DNA of 63,981 nucleotides, the filler included, from Stramenopiles sp. TOSAG23-6 (taxonomy: Eukaryota): assembly GCA_900128565.1 (NCBI GenBank). It is 4 parts of 4 records of this genome, joined end to end, with 100 filler letters (N's around TTAATTAATTAA, not from the genome) between each part and the next. Parts side by side here need not be neighbours in the genome. Positions count along the whole stretch, not along the records: positions 1 to 16,589 come from LT636092.1; positions 16,690 to 33,151 come from LT636093.1; 2 more parts are not named here. The stretch is one strand, 5' to 3'. This document shows positions 11,202 through 21,328 of the stretch, in pieces (position 1 is the stretch's first letter; every line of letters begins with the position of its first letter). Below the pieces are notes generated by a model. That model did not search any database, was not told the origin of the DNA, and saw nothing but the letters and a program-made list of their open reading frames with translations. The position numbers were made by a program, and so were the translations under genes.

Positions 11202-11269
11202 AAGACAAAGAAATGACCTTTTTTCTTTAAACAGCTTGAAGTTGCAAGAATTATAGTGATAGTTGTCTA
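11202..11269 (+). promoter_or_regulatory. Candidate eukaryotic SECIS element in the AS3MT 3' UTR
   Basis: AGACAA/TTGTCT basal helix, ATGA (11213) ... GA core, TTCTT/AAGAA upper helix, unpaired AAA about 12 nt after ATGA, CAGC/GTTG mini-stem. Helix II is imperfect. Confidence 0.65.
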
Positions 11270-11327
11270 GAAATTATAGTATACAGAATAAATGAAAAAA
11301 TATATCTGTTTTTATAGACTCATTATA

Positions 11328-12071
11328 TTATGTTTTCCAAGAGACTAAATCTGATAGAAAATCGTTTAAACCTTCTGTTTTTTTTTTATCTATTTGCTTA
11401 CCTCTGGACTTATTTTTCCTTTTATTCTTATTTTTCATTTTACTCTTACTTTCGTATTGTGTTTTATTGCCCTTGTGGGACTTTTGCATGTCCTTCGAAT
11501 GAGTTCCCAAAGTAGAAAATTTCTTTTTTGTATTCTTCACATTTGTGCTATTCGCATCACAGGGGCTCTTTCCAGATATTTTACTATTACGAGAACTTTT
11601 ATCTTTTAATAATTTCTCATTTATATTAGATGATGTTGACGTATTAGACATATTGCGTCTTTGTTTCTTTCGTTGTTGTGTCTGTATTCCCGTTGAAGTG
11701 GATAAATGACCACACACAGTACAAGAATAGACTATTTCATTCTTCAACTGTTGGAAACGCTTCTGTTTTTGCTTTTCACGATCATCTATTACACTACGTT
11801 TCTTTCTCCTTGCACTATTTACGCTTGAATTGCGAGTTCTTTTATTAAGTCGAACTTTACAGTTAACCCCAGGGCGTTGAATGATATTACAACCTAAACA
11901 AACAGGTAAGTCATTGGGGAGGGACACTCGAAGTACCCGAGCTAGATCGGACGCTTTCCAGGAATAATAGTGAAATAACTGTGGATCTGAGTCAGAATAC
12001 TCTTTTGCAAGCTCTAAAAGATGCTGAACACGACGAACACATACTTGTGATCGCATTGTCGCCTCCATCAA
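11328..12071 (-). CDS. RPP21: RNase P/MRP subunit Rpr2/Rpp21 family protein with a basic C-terminal tail
   Basis: RRVQHLLELA helix; zinc ribbon CLGC..PG.NCKVRL ... IVYSCTVCGH. Confidence 0.7.
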   Translation of the reverse strand: MMEATMRSQVCVRRVQHLLELAKEYSDSDPQLFHYYSWKASDLARVLRVSLPNDLPVCLGCNIIQRPGVNCKVRLNKRTRNSSVNSARRKKRSVIDDREKQKQKRFQQLKNEIVYSCTVCGHLSTSTGIQTQQRKKQRRNMSNTSTSSNINEKLLKDKSSRNSKISGKSPCDANSTNVKNTKKKFSTLGTHSKDMQKSHKGNKTQYESKSKMKNKNKRKNKSRGKQIDKKKTEGLNDFLSDLVSWKT

Positions 12072-12294
12072 GACAAAAATGTCTCAATGAAAATCCTACT
12101 CTCAAATCTAATCTACTAATCAGCACACAGTGTGTTCTGTTGTGAACTTGTGTGATGTTGGATTGAAGCGAAACGCGCGCTGAAGATTTTTTTCTAAATT
12201 TTTAAATTGAGAAAGTCCGAGGCAAATAATAATTTGTAATATTCAGTATAAAATCTCACTTTTATATACAAAACATGCCCATATTATACTGTGC

Positions 12295-13197
12295 TTATAA
12301 GAAGTATTTATACCAAATCAAACCTCCCGCCAAAAGTAGTAAGGGTGAACTTTCCAGAGCATAATTTACCTGACTAGTGATTTTTGTATATAAAGTTGTA
12401 TCCTCTCTCTCCTGTGTCAAAGTTACAAGTGAACTCACTAAAGCTGACATCCTATTATAATCAAGATCCCAATAGCAGTTTTGATTCTTACGAAAATTGA
12501 TTGGAGTTCGCTCTGTTTCGTCTTGCATCCCTCCAAATGCAAATACAGTGTTTATCAAATATGTCACATTCAAAATTTGTTTAGGTACAAAAAAAACATA
12601 GAATTTGAAAGGATAGAAAACCTTTGAAGTGAGTATGAAAAAAAAAACAATTTAAAATTTAAAATTTAAAATTTAAAATTCATGATGAAAATATAAATTT
12701 AAAAAAAATACATTGTTAGGTACAAAATTTCGTATGAAAACAAATAAATTTGAAAATAAAGTAAAAACAACATACATTCATCATAGATTTTACGATATCT
12801 TTTCGTTTTCTCTTTTTCAGGTTCAATTGAAATTGTTTTAGCATCGAAGGAATCTCCTCTCGTATGATAACACGCATTTCGCATTTCTGAAGTGTCTGCA
12901 ATTAAAATCGCTGGAAGTTTATTTTCCCAAAATGAAGCATGTATTTTGGAAAAATATTTGAAAATAAATCTAAAAACTTTTGTTAGGTACAAAATTTCGT
13001 ACGAAAACAAATTCGAATTTGAAAAAAAATAAAACATACATGGTCAGAACGCATGAAATCATTAAACAATCCTGGATTTTCCTTTGCATTTGGGAGCTTC
13101 TTGTACATTGTGGATATTCTTGATTGATTTGAACCATAATTACAATTAATTTCTTGGTATTCTTTGATTTCATTGCGAGCTTTTAAAAACAAATACA
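12295..13197 (-). CDS. M28-family peptidase-like gene, 3' part only (5' end lost at the inversion junction)
   Basis: Removing intron 12939-13039 rebuilds RSDH|ASFWENKLPAILIADTSEMRNACYHTRGD. Exon structure between 12575 and 12775 is unresolved. C-terminal hydrophobic tail. Confidence 0.65.
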
Positions 13198-13497
13198 CAA
13201 AGAAGAATGAAAAAGTAGAACGTGTACGTTCAAATCAAGATAGTTCTGACTCTACCAATTTGCGAACAAATAATCCAGGGAAAAGCCATCTCAGTAGTAT
13301 AAGAAGCATATTTACACCAAAAGAAGAACCAATACCAGTAAAAAAAGTTTGCCCTGCAGCCAAATATCGCGCCAAGTTTTCTTTGTAGCTGCTACCCTGG
13401 TTTTATTAAAACACAAAATGATAAAAAATGAAATAACGTTTCAGTATGTTTCAAAAAAAATAATAAAAGCTTTTATAATTTATCTTTTTAGTGATCA

Positions 13498-15411
13498 TTA
13501 AAACCTTCCGTTGTCATTCTTTAATCTTTTATGTATTGCATCAACCACGGACAAAGTCTTGTGCGTACGACTCAAACAAAGTGGGTCACCTAATGAGTTT
13601 ATTTGTGTTCTATAATATAAACGGAAATTCTTTATACAACGTTGACAAGCCTGTTTGGGTATTAGGCAAATATGTTTTGTTTTTCTGTGTTTTGTTTCAA
13701 CCATTTTATGCCACATGTACTGTTCTTTCTGAGAAAAAGATCTTGGTGATGTTTTAGTGTTTCTAGACTTGAACCCTCTTGGTTTTTTTTTGTGGTTTCC
13801 AACTGAAGGCCATAATGCAATGCGTATGTCTGACCATTGAAGTGACATACTTTCACCAATAGCACGAAATAAAGCTATTGCATCAACCCTTGATATAAAA
13901 ATTCCTAGCAAATATAATCCTCGCCGGAATTCACTCAAAGATATTTTACCAGAAAGATCTGTGTCCATGCGATGAAATAGCTGAAATTCACTTATTTTCC
14001 GAGTATGCAATATATATCTTAACCAAGTAAGCTTTTTCTTTTGAAGAGGCTCTACCGTTTCTTTCAGTGTGTGATAATCTGCTGCAGATACCAATCGAAG
14101 TGGTGGTCCCATGATGCCATTTAATCCTTTATGCTTTCGTGGGTTCCAAGCTCCACTAGGATGCTGTTCAAACGTACTTAATTCCATATTAAGTGGAGGT
14201 AGCAAAACTTCAGGTTCTGCTACAAACATTTTAAATAAAGGACCCTTTGAAGTATTGAAATACCTTGCTAAGGTGGTATTTGCTTTCTGTTTGAGACGAA
14301 GTTTTTCCAAATGACTCAAATTTAACAATGAGGACTTCTGAGTTTTGTTTTGCTTTNTATTTTTCTTACTCCTTTTCCTGCAATGTTTTCTTCTTCTTTT
14401 CGGCAAAAGTGTTGTATGTCTGCTTTGGTTGCGCAATTCATCAGGTGGCAATGTATGATCAAGGCCATCTGAAGTAAAATGAGAATGTGGACTGGGATAG
14501 TATGGAACACAACTTTTATACACTTTAACCAAATCATTTGGCAAATTTTCCTTTTGATTGCTGTTGGCAGATACATCAGTGAAATTAGGTGCCCCACTTT
14601 CGCCAGAAGATGCAGCATTTGTTGAATCAAGCTCTTCTACCGCTGATTTCATTAGACAGGAAAATTCGTGCCTTTGACCCAATACCAAATCAAATGTATT
14701 TACTTTTGCAGCATATTCTTCAGCTTTTTTTCTCCTCACAATAATACCTCGGGAACGCGCTTGTGCCTTAATCACGCCATTTCTAACAATTTTTATTCGC
14801 TGATTACGAGCATTTACATATTCCAATGCGTTCGCCACTGCTGCATCAGAAGTTTCAGCTTGGCATGTAGCAGCAGCATCGCACAATTTACAAATTAAAG
14901 AGCATGCGTGGCACGTGGACTGCTCCTTTGCAATTATATTTGCTTCCTCGTTCTCACTTATACCTGGATCTACATCTTTAGCAATCGCCAAGAGATTTGG
15001 CATAGATATTGCTTTCATGGGCATTGTATCATCTGGTTTTGAAGAGGTATAAATGGCATAGTCTGCACAACTGTTGAGTTTATGTAAATAAGTCATTCTT
15101 TCCTCAGTGCTATGAAGAGAAATCTGCATATCCACCACTACTTCTGTAGCAAAATTTGTTTTACGTTGGATTTCATTAGCGATTGTTCTGAATGCCCGAA
15201 ATTCTATTGTTGTTGGAATTATCCAGCCTGATATTCCAACTTTATTTTCTAATGCAGACCGTGCACGTTTTAAGCAAGCAAGAGTTTTGACAGACGTTTT
15301 TCTATTACACAATTTGAGTGTTGACGTATTTGCAGTATTGCTTTTGCATACTTGATGCTTCTTGCCCATTCGATGTACCTGTCGTAACCCCTTCTTTGGA
15401 TTTATTTTCAT
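13498..15411 (-). CDS. Duplicate of the 1179-3092 IQ/EF-hand gene
   Basis: Identical translation; lies in the inverted duplicate. Confidence 0.6.
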   Translation of the reverse strand: MKINPKKGLRQVHRMGKKHQVCKSNTANTSTLKLCNRKTSVKTLACLKRARSALENKVGISGWIIPTTIEFRAFRTIANEIQRKTNFATEVVVDMQISLHSTEERMTYLHKLNSCADYAIYTSSKPDDTMPMKAISMPNLLAIAKDVDPGISENEEANIIAKEQSTCHACSLICKLCDAAATCQAETSDAAVANALEYVNARNQRIKIVRNGVIKAQARSRGIIVRRKKAEEYAAKVNTFDLVLGQRHEFSCLMKSAVEELDSTNAASSGESGAPNFTDVSANSNQKENLPNDLVKVYKSCVPYYPSPHSHFTSDGLDHTLPPDELRNQSRHTTLLPKRRRKHCRKRSKKNXKQNKTQKSSLLNLSHLEKLRLKQKANTTLARYFNTSKGPLFKMFVAEPEVLLPPLNMELSTFEQHPSGAWNPRKHKGLNGIMGPPLRLVSAADYHTLKETVEPLQKKKLTWLRYILHTRKISEFQLFHRMDTDLSGKISLSEFRRGLYLLGIFISRVDAIALFRAIGESMSLQWSDIRIALWPSVGNHKKKPRGFKSRNTKTSPRSFSQKEQYMWHKMVETKHRKTKHICLIPKQACQRCIKNFRLYYRTQINSLGDPLCLSRTHKTLSVVDAIHKRLKNDNGRF

Positions 15412-15793
15412 TAGCTGTGATGACCAGTTATTTAGTCTAATATATTACTTGATATCTTTAGGATCTCGGGATGAACGACAGACGTAGGGTATGGATTATG
15501 GATTTGAAGGATTTTTGAGAATCTGATATATTTTCCGTGAACCGGGTACGTAGGCCTCTAGTCAATTTTTTGACATTCAATAATTCGAATGTCTGTACCC
15601 AATGAATGAGTCGCGACGACGATGCTAAAATATTGAAATAAATCTTGATCAACAGAAGTGCACATTAGTACAAGCAACTCACTCTCACAGTGTTTTAGTT
15701 TTCTGAATCAACAGCAATGAAAATAGCAGCGCGAAGAACTTAAATAATTTACGTGAAGTTTAATATTTTGTCAGACTAAAGTCTTTTAATATA

Positions 15794-16589
15794 ATGCCGT
15801 CAACATTTAAGGTCGGTGCGAAGGTACGAATTGGTGTTGATAAAGAAGGGACCATACGATTTATGGGCAAGACTCAATTTGCTCCAGGTGAATGGGTTGG
15901 CGTAGAGTTGAACAAAGCTCTTGGAAAGAACGATGGTTTTGTAAATGGGGTGAAGTACTTTGACTGTAAAAAGAAATTTGGTATATTTGTGAAGGAATCA
16001 CAGTTGACGTTAATCACAAAGACACGCAACACGACTACCAGAGTTACCCGCAGTGCTTCCAGAGCTGCAGCTGCGGCAACCACAAAGTCAAACTCACCGA
16101 CAAAGTCGCCATCAGAGAGTAGAGTCGCTAAAACACCTACGGTTGACGAGAGAAAACGCATTGCTCTTGCGCGAAATAAAGCCCGTCTTGAAGCAAAAAA
16201 AAAACTTAGTGATGCAAAAAAACGCCGTGAATCAGGAGTTAGCTCTCCGGGTAGTCCAACGCGATTGAAGAAGCCTACCGTAAGATCGACGTCACTTAGA
16301 CAACCTGTAAAACGATCTATAAATTCCCCCAAATATTCAAGTCAAACTAAATTGAGATCTGGTGTTGAAACCAAAACGTCTGAGTCTTTGTCAAACACAG
16401 TGAAAGAATTGGAGACTGTGAAAGCCGAATTGGTTCAGGTAAAGGCTTCTGCACTTGAAGCAGCAACTGAGAATACAAAGCAACTAAACAAAATGAAATC
16501 TGAATGTCAAGAAGCAAGAGAAGCTCTAATTGTTGCACAGTCAGCTGGAGGAGAAGCTGTGTCACTTAGTAATGAACTTGAAGCTACTA
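15794..16589 (+). CDS. Duplicate of the CAP-Gly gene, cut by the spacer
   Basis: CAP-Gly GKNDG motif; runs into the N spacer. Confidence 0.7.
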
Positions 16590-16689
16590 NNNNNNNNNNN
16601 NNNNNNNNNNNNNNNNNNNNNNNNNNNNNNNNNTTAATTAATTAANNNNNNNNNNNNNNNNNNNNNNNNNNNNNNNNNNNNNNNNNNNN
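16590..16689. other. Artificial contig spacer
   Basis: N44-TTAATTAATTAA-N44, giving stops in all six frames. Confidence 0.99.
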
Positions 16690-16744
16690 AATTTTGTACC
16701 TAACAAATTTTAGTTTTTTTTTGAAATATTTTTCCAAAATACAT

Positions 16745-17486
16745 ACCTCCTAACTCATTTAGAATCCTAGCAACATCTCATGGATTGAAGACTATTAGGT
16801 TAAGCGATATTTCGTGTTCATGCATACACGATGTTATATCATCTATATCCAGTGCTTTGAAATTATCTGATGGAAAGAACATACCGTCTATAAGATTACT
16901 TCAGCTTTCTAATTGTAGTATAACATTTGATTTTGCTCAGATTCTTATCAGGGCATTACAAGAAAACAGTTCACTTCAATGGCTTTCACTTTGTAATAAT
17001 GATCTTGGAGGCTCACTGAGTACAAATGTAGGATTTGGTACATTATTTTCGAAAGTAATTCATCAATATAGTAGACTTTTAGGAATTGATCTAACAAATG
17101 CTAATATTCATTTAGGTGATATAAAAGATATTTTAAATGCAGTAAATACTATCGAAAAAAATGGTAGGCAGTGTATGATGCAGTATATTGACATTGATGC
17201 TCCAAATATACTTGATAAGAAAAGTAGTGATTCGGTTTCTCTGTCTTTTACAATAGCAAGTAGAAGATTAAAGAGGAGATCAAAAATTTGGTGTGTTCAT
17301 ATTCATGGTAAACAAATGAGTGTATTAAATGAAATAGATAAAATGTGGAAAGTCTTTGTAAAAACATCGTATGGGGATAATAGTAATAATGTACAAATAA
17401 GTGACACTCCCGAAAAATGTCCATTTTCTCGAAGCCTTTCGTTAAACTGTGCAAAATATGTTCATTTTCTCGAAGCCTTTCGTTAA
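16745..17486 (+). CDS. Last exon of an RNI-like leucine-rich-repeat protein
   Basis: LLQLSNCSI, SSLQWLSLCNNDL, LLGIDLTNANI repeats; preceded by the 3' half of an intron element (16690-16744). Confidence 0.7.
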
Positions 17487-17665
17487 ACTGTGAAGTACAC
17501 AACCATTTTCGTGTTCGGTGTACTTCGAAAAAGATAGATGGCAACGTGCACTGGACAAATGAAATGATGTTGTCGAAACTTAAAATTGAAACTTGTTTTA
17601 TTACTATACTGAAATTTAATGTCACTTTTGTTTTAAAAAACATATAAATTAATACGCATTTGTAA

Positions 17666-20600
17666 TCATTGCGATTCTTTGGGTTTTGCCGCTGCTGCAA
17701 TGACTTCTTCATTTAATTCCATTCTTTCATGAAATTCTAATGAATTTTCGTTTATCTCATCTACAGTTTTTATATGATCTCTATCCATCGTTTTCAATAA
17801 CATTGAAGCGTATTCTGAGCGAGCTTTTTCCGCGCGCTCCATTCCCTCTTCTAACGCAGTTACTTTAGTTTTGGTTCTTCTTACCCCAATGATATCCCTT
17901 TCAGCTATTTGGAGTTCTTTCTGTAATTCATTGACAGCTTCCTGTTTCTTTTTTACACGGTCTTTAAGAACATTAACATCCGCTTCAATGTTATGACATT
18001 CTTTAAGCATATGCTTCTCTTCACTTTCATTTTGCGCGACTTCTGCTTTTAACTTTGCAATAATTTCATCCTTGTCCTTGATCTGTTTAAGTAAATCTGT
18101 TTCAAAGTTTTTACGCTGATCAAGTTTTTCTTGTGCAATACTTGCCTCTTCTTTTGCCAAAAGTAAATCATGATCTTGGACCTTCTGTTGATCCTCAGCA
18201 TCCTCATTCGCGGCCTCTAAATCTTTCAATGTATCCTCCTTCCTTGCTAAATTAGCCCGTAAAGTAACTTCATGAACCCTCTTCAATTTAACGCCATCTG
18301 CGAGAAGTTTTAAATCGTGTTGTTTCCTTAACATATTTGCATTAAAAACGCTATTTTGTTCAATTTGCATTTCTTGTACAAGAAATAAGCGTTCGCGAGC
18401 AATAACGTTTGCTTTCTTCGCAGATTCCAATGCTTTTTCCAAACGCTCAGAAGATTTAACACGGTCTTCAAGCGCAGCAGTCAATTCGTCAATGCGCGAT
18501 TGCACCTTCAAAGAATCATTTTCAAACATTGTCTCTTTTGCTCTTAGTTCCTTTTCTAATTCAATCACTGCCTCACTTTCTGCTTTGATGGCCAGTTCTA
18601 ACTTTAGCTTTGTTTCCTTTTCATCTTTTATTAATTGTTCATTGATTTCTTCTTCAGTATTGTAGTCATTGATTTGTTTCCGCAATTTGGATGCCTCCTC
18701 CGTCTTCATTGTAAGCCTACTCTCTATACTTTTCAAAGATTCAGTAAGCGATTTCATACGAGATTTTGCGACGTCATCTAAAGATTTCACTTCTTCGATT
18801 TGTTTCGTTAGTTTTTTTATAATTTTTTCTTCCTGTAGAACTTTTGTTTTTGTTCTTTCGATTTCAGCAGTTTCAGATTCATATAATCGAGTATTCAACT
18901 TGAGCTCTTTCTGAATCTCTACAATATCGTCTTTTGTTTGTGCAATTTCTGCACGTTTTGTCGCCAACTCCACATTCATCTTATGTACTTGTTCTTTGCA
19001 ATTACCTTTCCAAAGCGCAATTTCCTTTTCCATTGCAGCGTTACTAGCCATAAGATCGGAGCATTTGTCTTGTTCCACTTTAAGATTAGGCTCCAGAGTA
19101 GCAAGCTCCTCTTCTTTTTGCGAAATATTATTTCTCAGCTTTGCAAGTGTTCCCTCAAGTGTAGTAATTTGTTTTTCTAATCCAGCTTTTATCTCTAAAG
19201 CTTCCTCGTTATTTTGATGCATCATTACTTTGATCATTTCACTTTGCTTTTCTGTGTCATCGATCTGCTCTTCTAAATTTGCCCCATCTTTTATAGTCAT
19301 ATCAATTTTAAACTTTAAATCTTTCATTTTAATTTCAGATTCACGTGTGCAAAACAAGAATTCAGACTCCACTGTTTTCAATTGCTCTAGTAGATTATTG
19401 TTTTCTTGGCATTTTTCTTCGAATTTTATTTTCAAGTCCTTTTCAAGAGTTTTCAAATCGTCCATTTTAGGGCGGAGGTAATCTATCTTTGATACTACAT
19501 CGTCTATTTGCCTCTTGGATTCCTTTTCCTCATCCTTCTTCGTCGTCAACCTCTGCTCAAGTTTTTCCTGATAAGCTTTCGCTGTCTTTAGAGCATGTGC
19601 TTGATCATTCTCAGCTTGAGTACGTCTTGATATCTCTGTTTTCAGCTCATCTATCTTGCGTCGTTCTTGGTTTAGCTCCATCTGGACTGTTCTGTATTTA
19701 TCTTGCGCTTCAACAAGCTTATCCTTGACAATCTCGTAGTCTTTCATGATCTCAATTTTCCTTTTACGAACTCGATTATTTTCCGCTGCACGATTTTCCA
19801 ATCTGTCCTCCAATACAAGCCTAGCTTGGTCCGTATCGTTTATCTGCCTAGAATATTCTTCGATTGCCTTATTCACTTCATCAAGAGCACTTTGATGAAT
19901 TTTTTCTTGTCCTTGCAAAAATATGACTTCCTCCGACAGTGTGAAATGTCTCTGTTTTTGGTCATTCAAAGTTTCATTAAGTGTATCAATATTATCCTGT
20001 TCAGCTCGAAGTTTAATTACCAATTCTGCTTTTTCGTGTTCTGTGCGAATATGGAATTCTTCTAGACTTGTTTGAAGTACCCCTATCTCGCTCTCCGCCT
20101 TCTGGACATCAGATTGCAACTCTTTTATTAGGCTCTCTTTTTCAGCGATGATATTGTTAAGTCCCTTTATTTCTTTTTGGTTGGCATTATTTTCACAAGT
20201 TTGTAAGTTACTTTTGTTACGCATTTCTGTACGTAAATCTTCAGACAACTTTTCCTCCATTTTTTTTTGCATCTTTAAGTCTTCATTACTTGCTTGAACT
20301 CTTTTTAGTTCTTTTTGTAATGTTTCAAGCTCCTTTTTGGCAGCTTCAGTTACAGTTTCGAGATATTTCTCAGTTTCAAGATCATTTTCAATCTCTCCAG
20401 TGACATCTTTCAGTTTTAATTGTGCTTTGTATAAATCTTTCTGTAATTCAACTTCCTCTTCGCCCTTTTTTATGTATCTCTGTCGTATGTCTTCCAAATT
20501 TTTTACTTCTTCTGCTTGTCGAATAGATAACAATTTTTTGCTCTTTTCTTCCGCTTCAAGTTGGACTTTCAACGTAGCTAATTTTGATTCAGCCAAACGG

Positions 20601-21031
20601 CATTGTTGCGTTAAGTTAGCCTCATGAATGGATTTTTGGGTCAATTTTTTCTGGAGAGCTAAAAAATCATCCCATGACTCTGCTTTGTAATCGTTGTGCT
20701 GTTTTATGCCATTTTCATAGTCCAATTCACGTTGTACCGTCGGCTTATTCATAATAGACGACTTCAATAGTCTCTTCAGGGGTGATTTGGCTGCTTCAGA
20801 TTCCCTTTCAGCTGATAGCTTAGACATTCTAGCTACCTCTGTTATCATGCGCGCACGTGATAGTGGTGTTTTCATATAACTATCTGATGGTTCGTTTCGT
20901 TTAGACAACGCTTCCATTCGAGTTTCATTTGGAGCACTTCCGAGTTTTTTGTCAAAACTTGAAGTAAGCTGCTGTATTCGATGATTTACTTGACTCAAGG
21001 TAGATGTACGACCTAGATCTTGAGTATACAT
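17666..21031 (-). CDS. Long coiled-coil protein (1121 aa, intronless)
   Basis: Uninterrupted ORF with E/K/L/Q-rich heptad composition and no recognisable globular domain. Confidence 0.85.
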   Translation of the reverse strand: MYTQDLGRTSTLSQVNHRIQQLTSSFDKKLGSAPNETRMEALSKRNEPSDSYMKTPLSRARMITEVARMSKLSAERESEAAKSPLKRLLKSSIMNKPTVQRELDYENGIKQHNDYKAESWDDFLALQKKLTQKSIHEANLTQQCRLAESKLATLKVQLEAEEKSKKLLSIRQAEEVKNLEDIRQRYIKKGEEEVELQKDLYKAQLKLKDVTGEIENDLETEKYLETVTEAAKKELETLQKELKRVQASNEDLKMQKKMEEKLSEDLRTEMRNKSNLQTCENNANQKEIKGLNNIIAEKESLIKELQSDVQKAESEIGVLQTSLEEFHIRTEHEKAELVIKLRAEQDNIDTLNETLNDQKQRHFTLSEEVIFLQGQEKIHQSALDEVNKAIEEYSRQINDTDQARLVLEDRLENRAAENNRVRKRKIEIMKDYEIVKDKLVEAQDKYRTVQMELNQERRKIDELKTEISRRTQAENDQAHALKTAKAYQEKLEQRLTTKKDEEKESKRQIDDVVSKIDYLRPKMDDLKTLEKDLKIKFEEKCQENNNLLEQLKTVESEFLFCTRESEIKMKDLKFKIDMTIKDGANLEEQIDDTEKQSEMIKVMMHQNNEEALEIKAGLEKQITTLEGTLAKLRNNISQKEEELATLEPNLKVEQDKCSDLMASNAAMEKEIALWKGNCKEQVHKMNVELATKRAEIAQTKDDIVEIQKELKLNTRLYESETAEIERTKTKVLQEEKIIKKLTKQIEEVKSLDDVAKSRMKSLTESLKSIESRLTMKTEEASKLRKQINDYNTEEEINEQLIKDEKETKLKLELAIKAESEAVIELEKELRAKETMFENDSLKVQSRIDELTAALEDRVKSSERLEKALESAKKANVIARERLFLVQEMQIEQNSVFNANMLRKQHDLKLLADGVKLKRVHEVTLRANLARKEDTLKDLEAANEDAEDQQKVQDHDLLLAKEEASIAQEKLDQRKNFETDLLKQIKDKDEIIAKLKAEVAQNESEEKHMLKECHNIEADVNVLKDRVKKKQEAVNELQKELQIAERDIIGVRRTKTKVTALEEGMERAEKARSEYASMLLKTMDRDHIKTVDEINENSLEFHERMELNEEVIAAAAKPKESQ

Positions 21032-21328
21032 GTTTAAACTGATGTTGTTTCAATGCGAGTTTTATATTTCCAGTGAATATAGAAATTTCTTAGAATAAAA
21101 CCACTACTGTTATTATTGCTTGTAGAAGAAGATACGTACTTCTTTTTTGTAACGGTGAAAAAAGATCATAAAAAAAACACGAAAAATCCGCTTTTGCTTT
21201 CCAACGCATCATGATTGATTTGAATCCGAAATTGATGGATTGATAAAATTATTTTTACTCTAATCTCTCTCGTATTCTCTTTGGGAACAGCATTTTTGTG
21301 CATTTGTTTCTTCTAAAATTGGTTAACA

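Larger units (their letters stand above)
13190..16589. repeat. 3.4-kb inverted duplicate of 1-3400 (probable amplification or assembly chimera)
   Basis: Paired coordinates sum to 16590; identical ORF translations; the same ambiguous N at 2233 and 14357; imperfect microhomology CAAATAC[A/T]CAAAG at the junction. Confidence 0.95.

Noticed and set aside
16634-16645. TTAATTAATTAA palindrome between N runs (also in the other two gaps)
   Set aside because: Artificial six-frame-stop spacer. Contig lengths fall in order (16589, 16462, 16285), implying size-sorted concatenation, so synteny across the gaps is meaningless.
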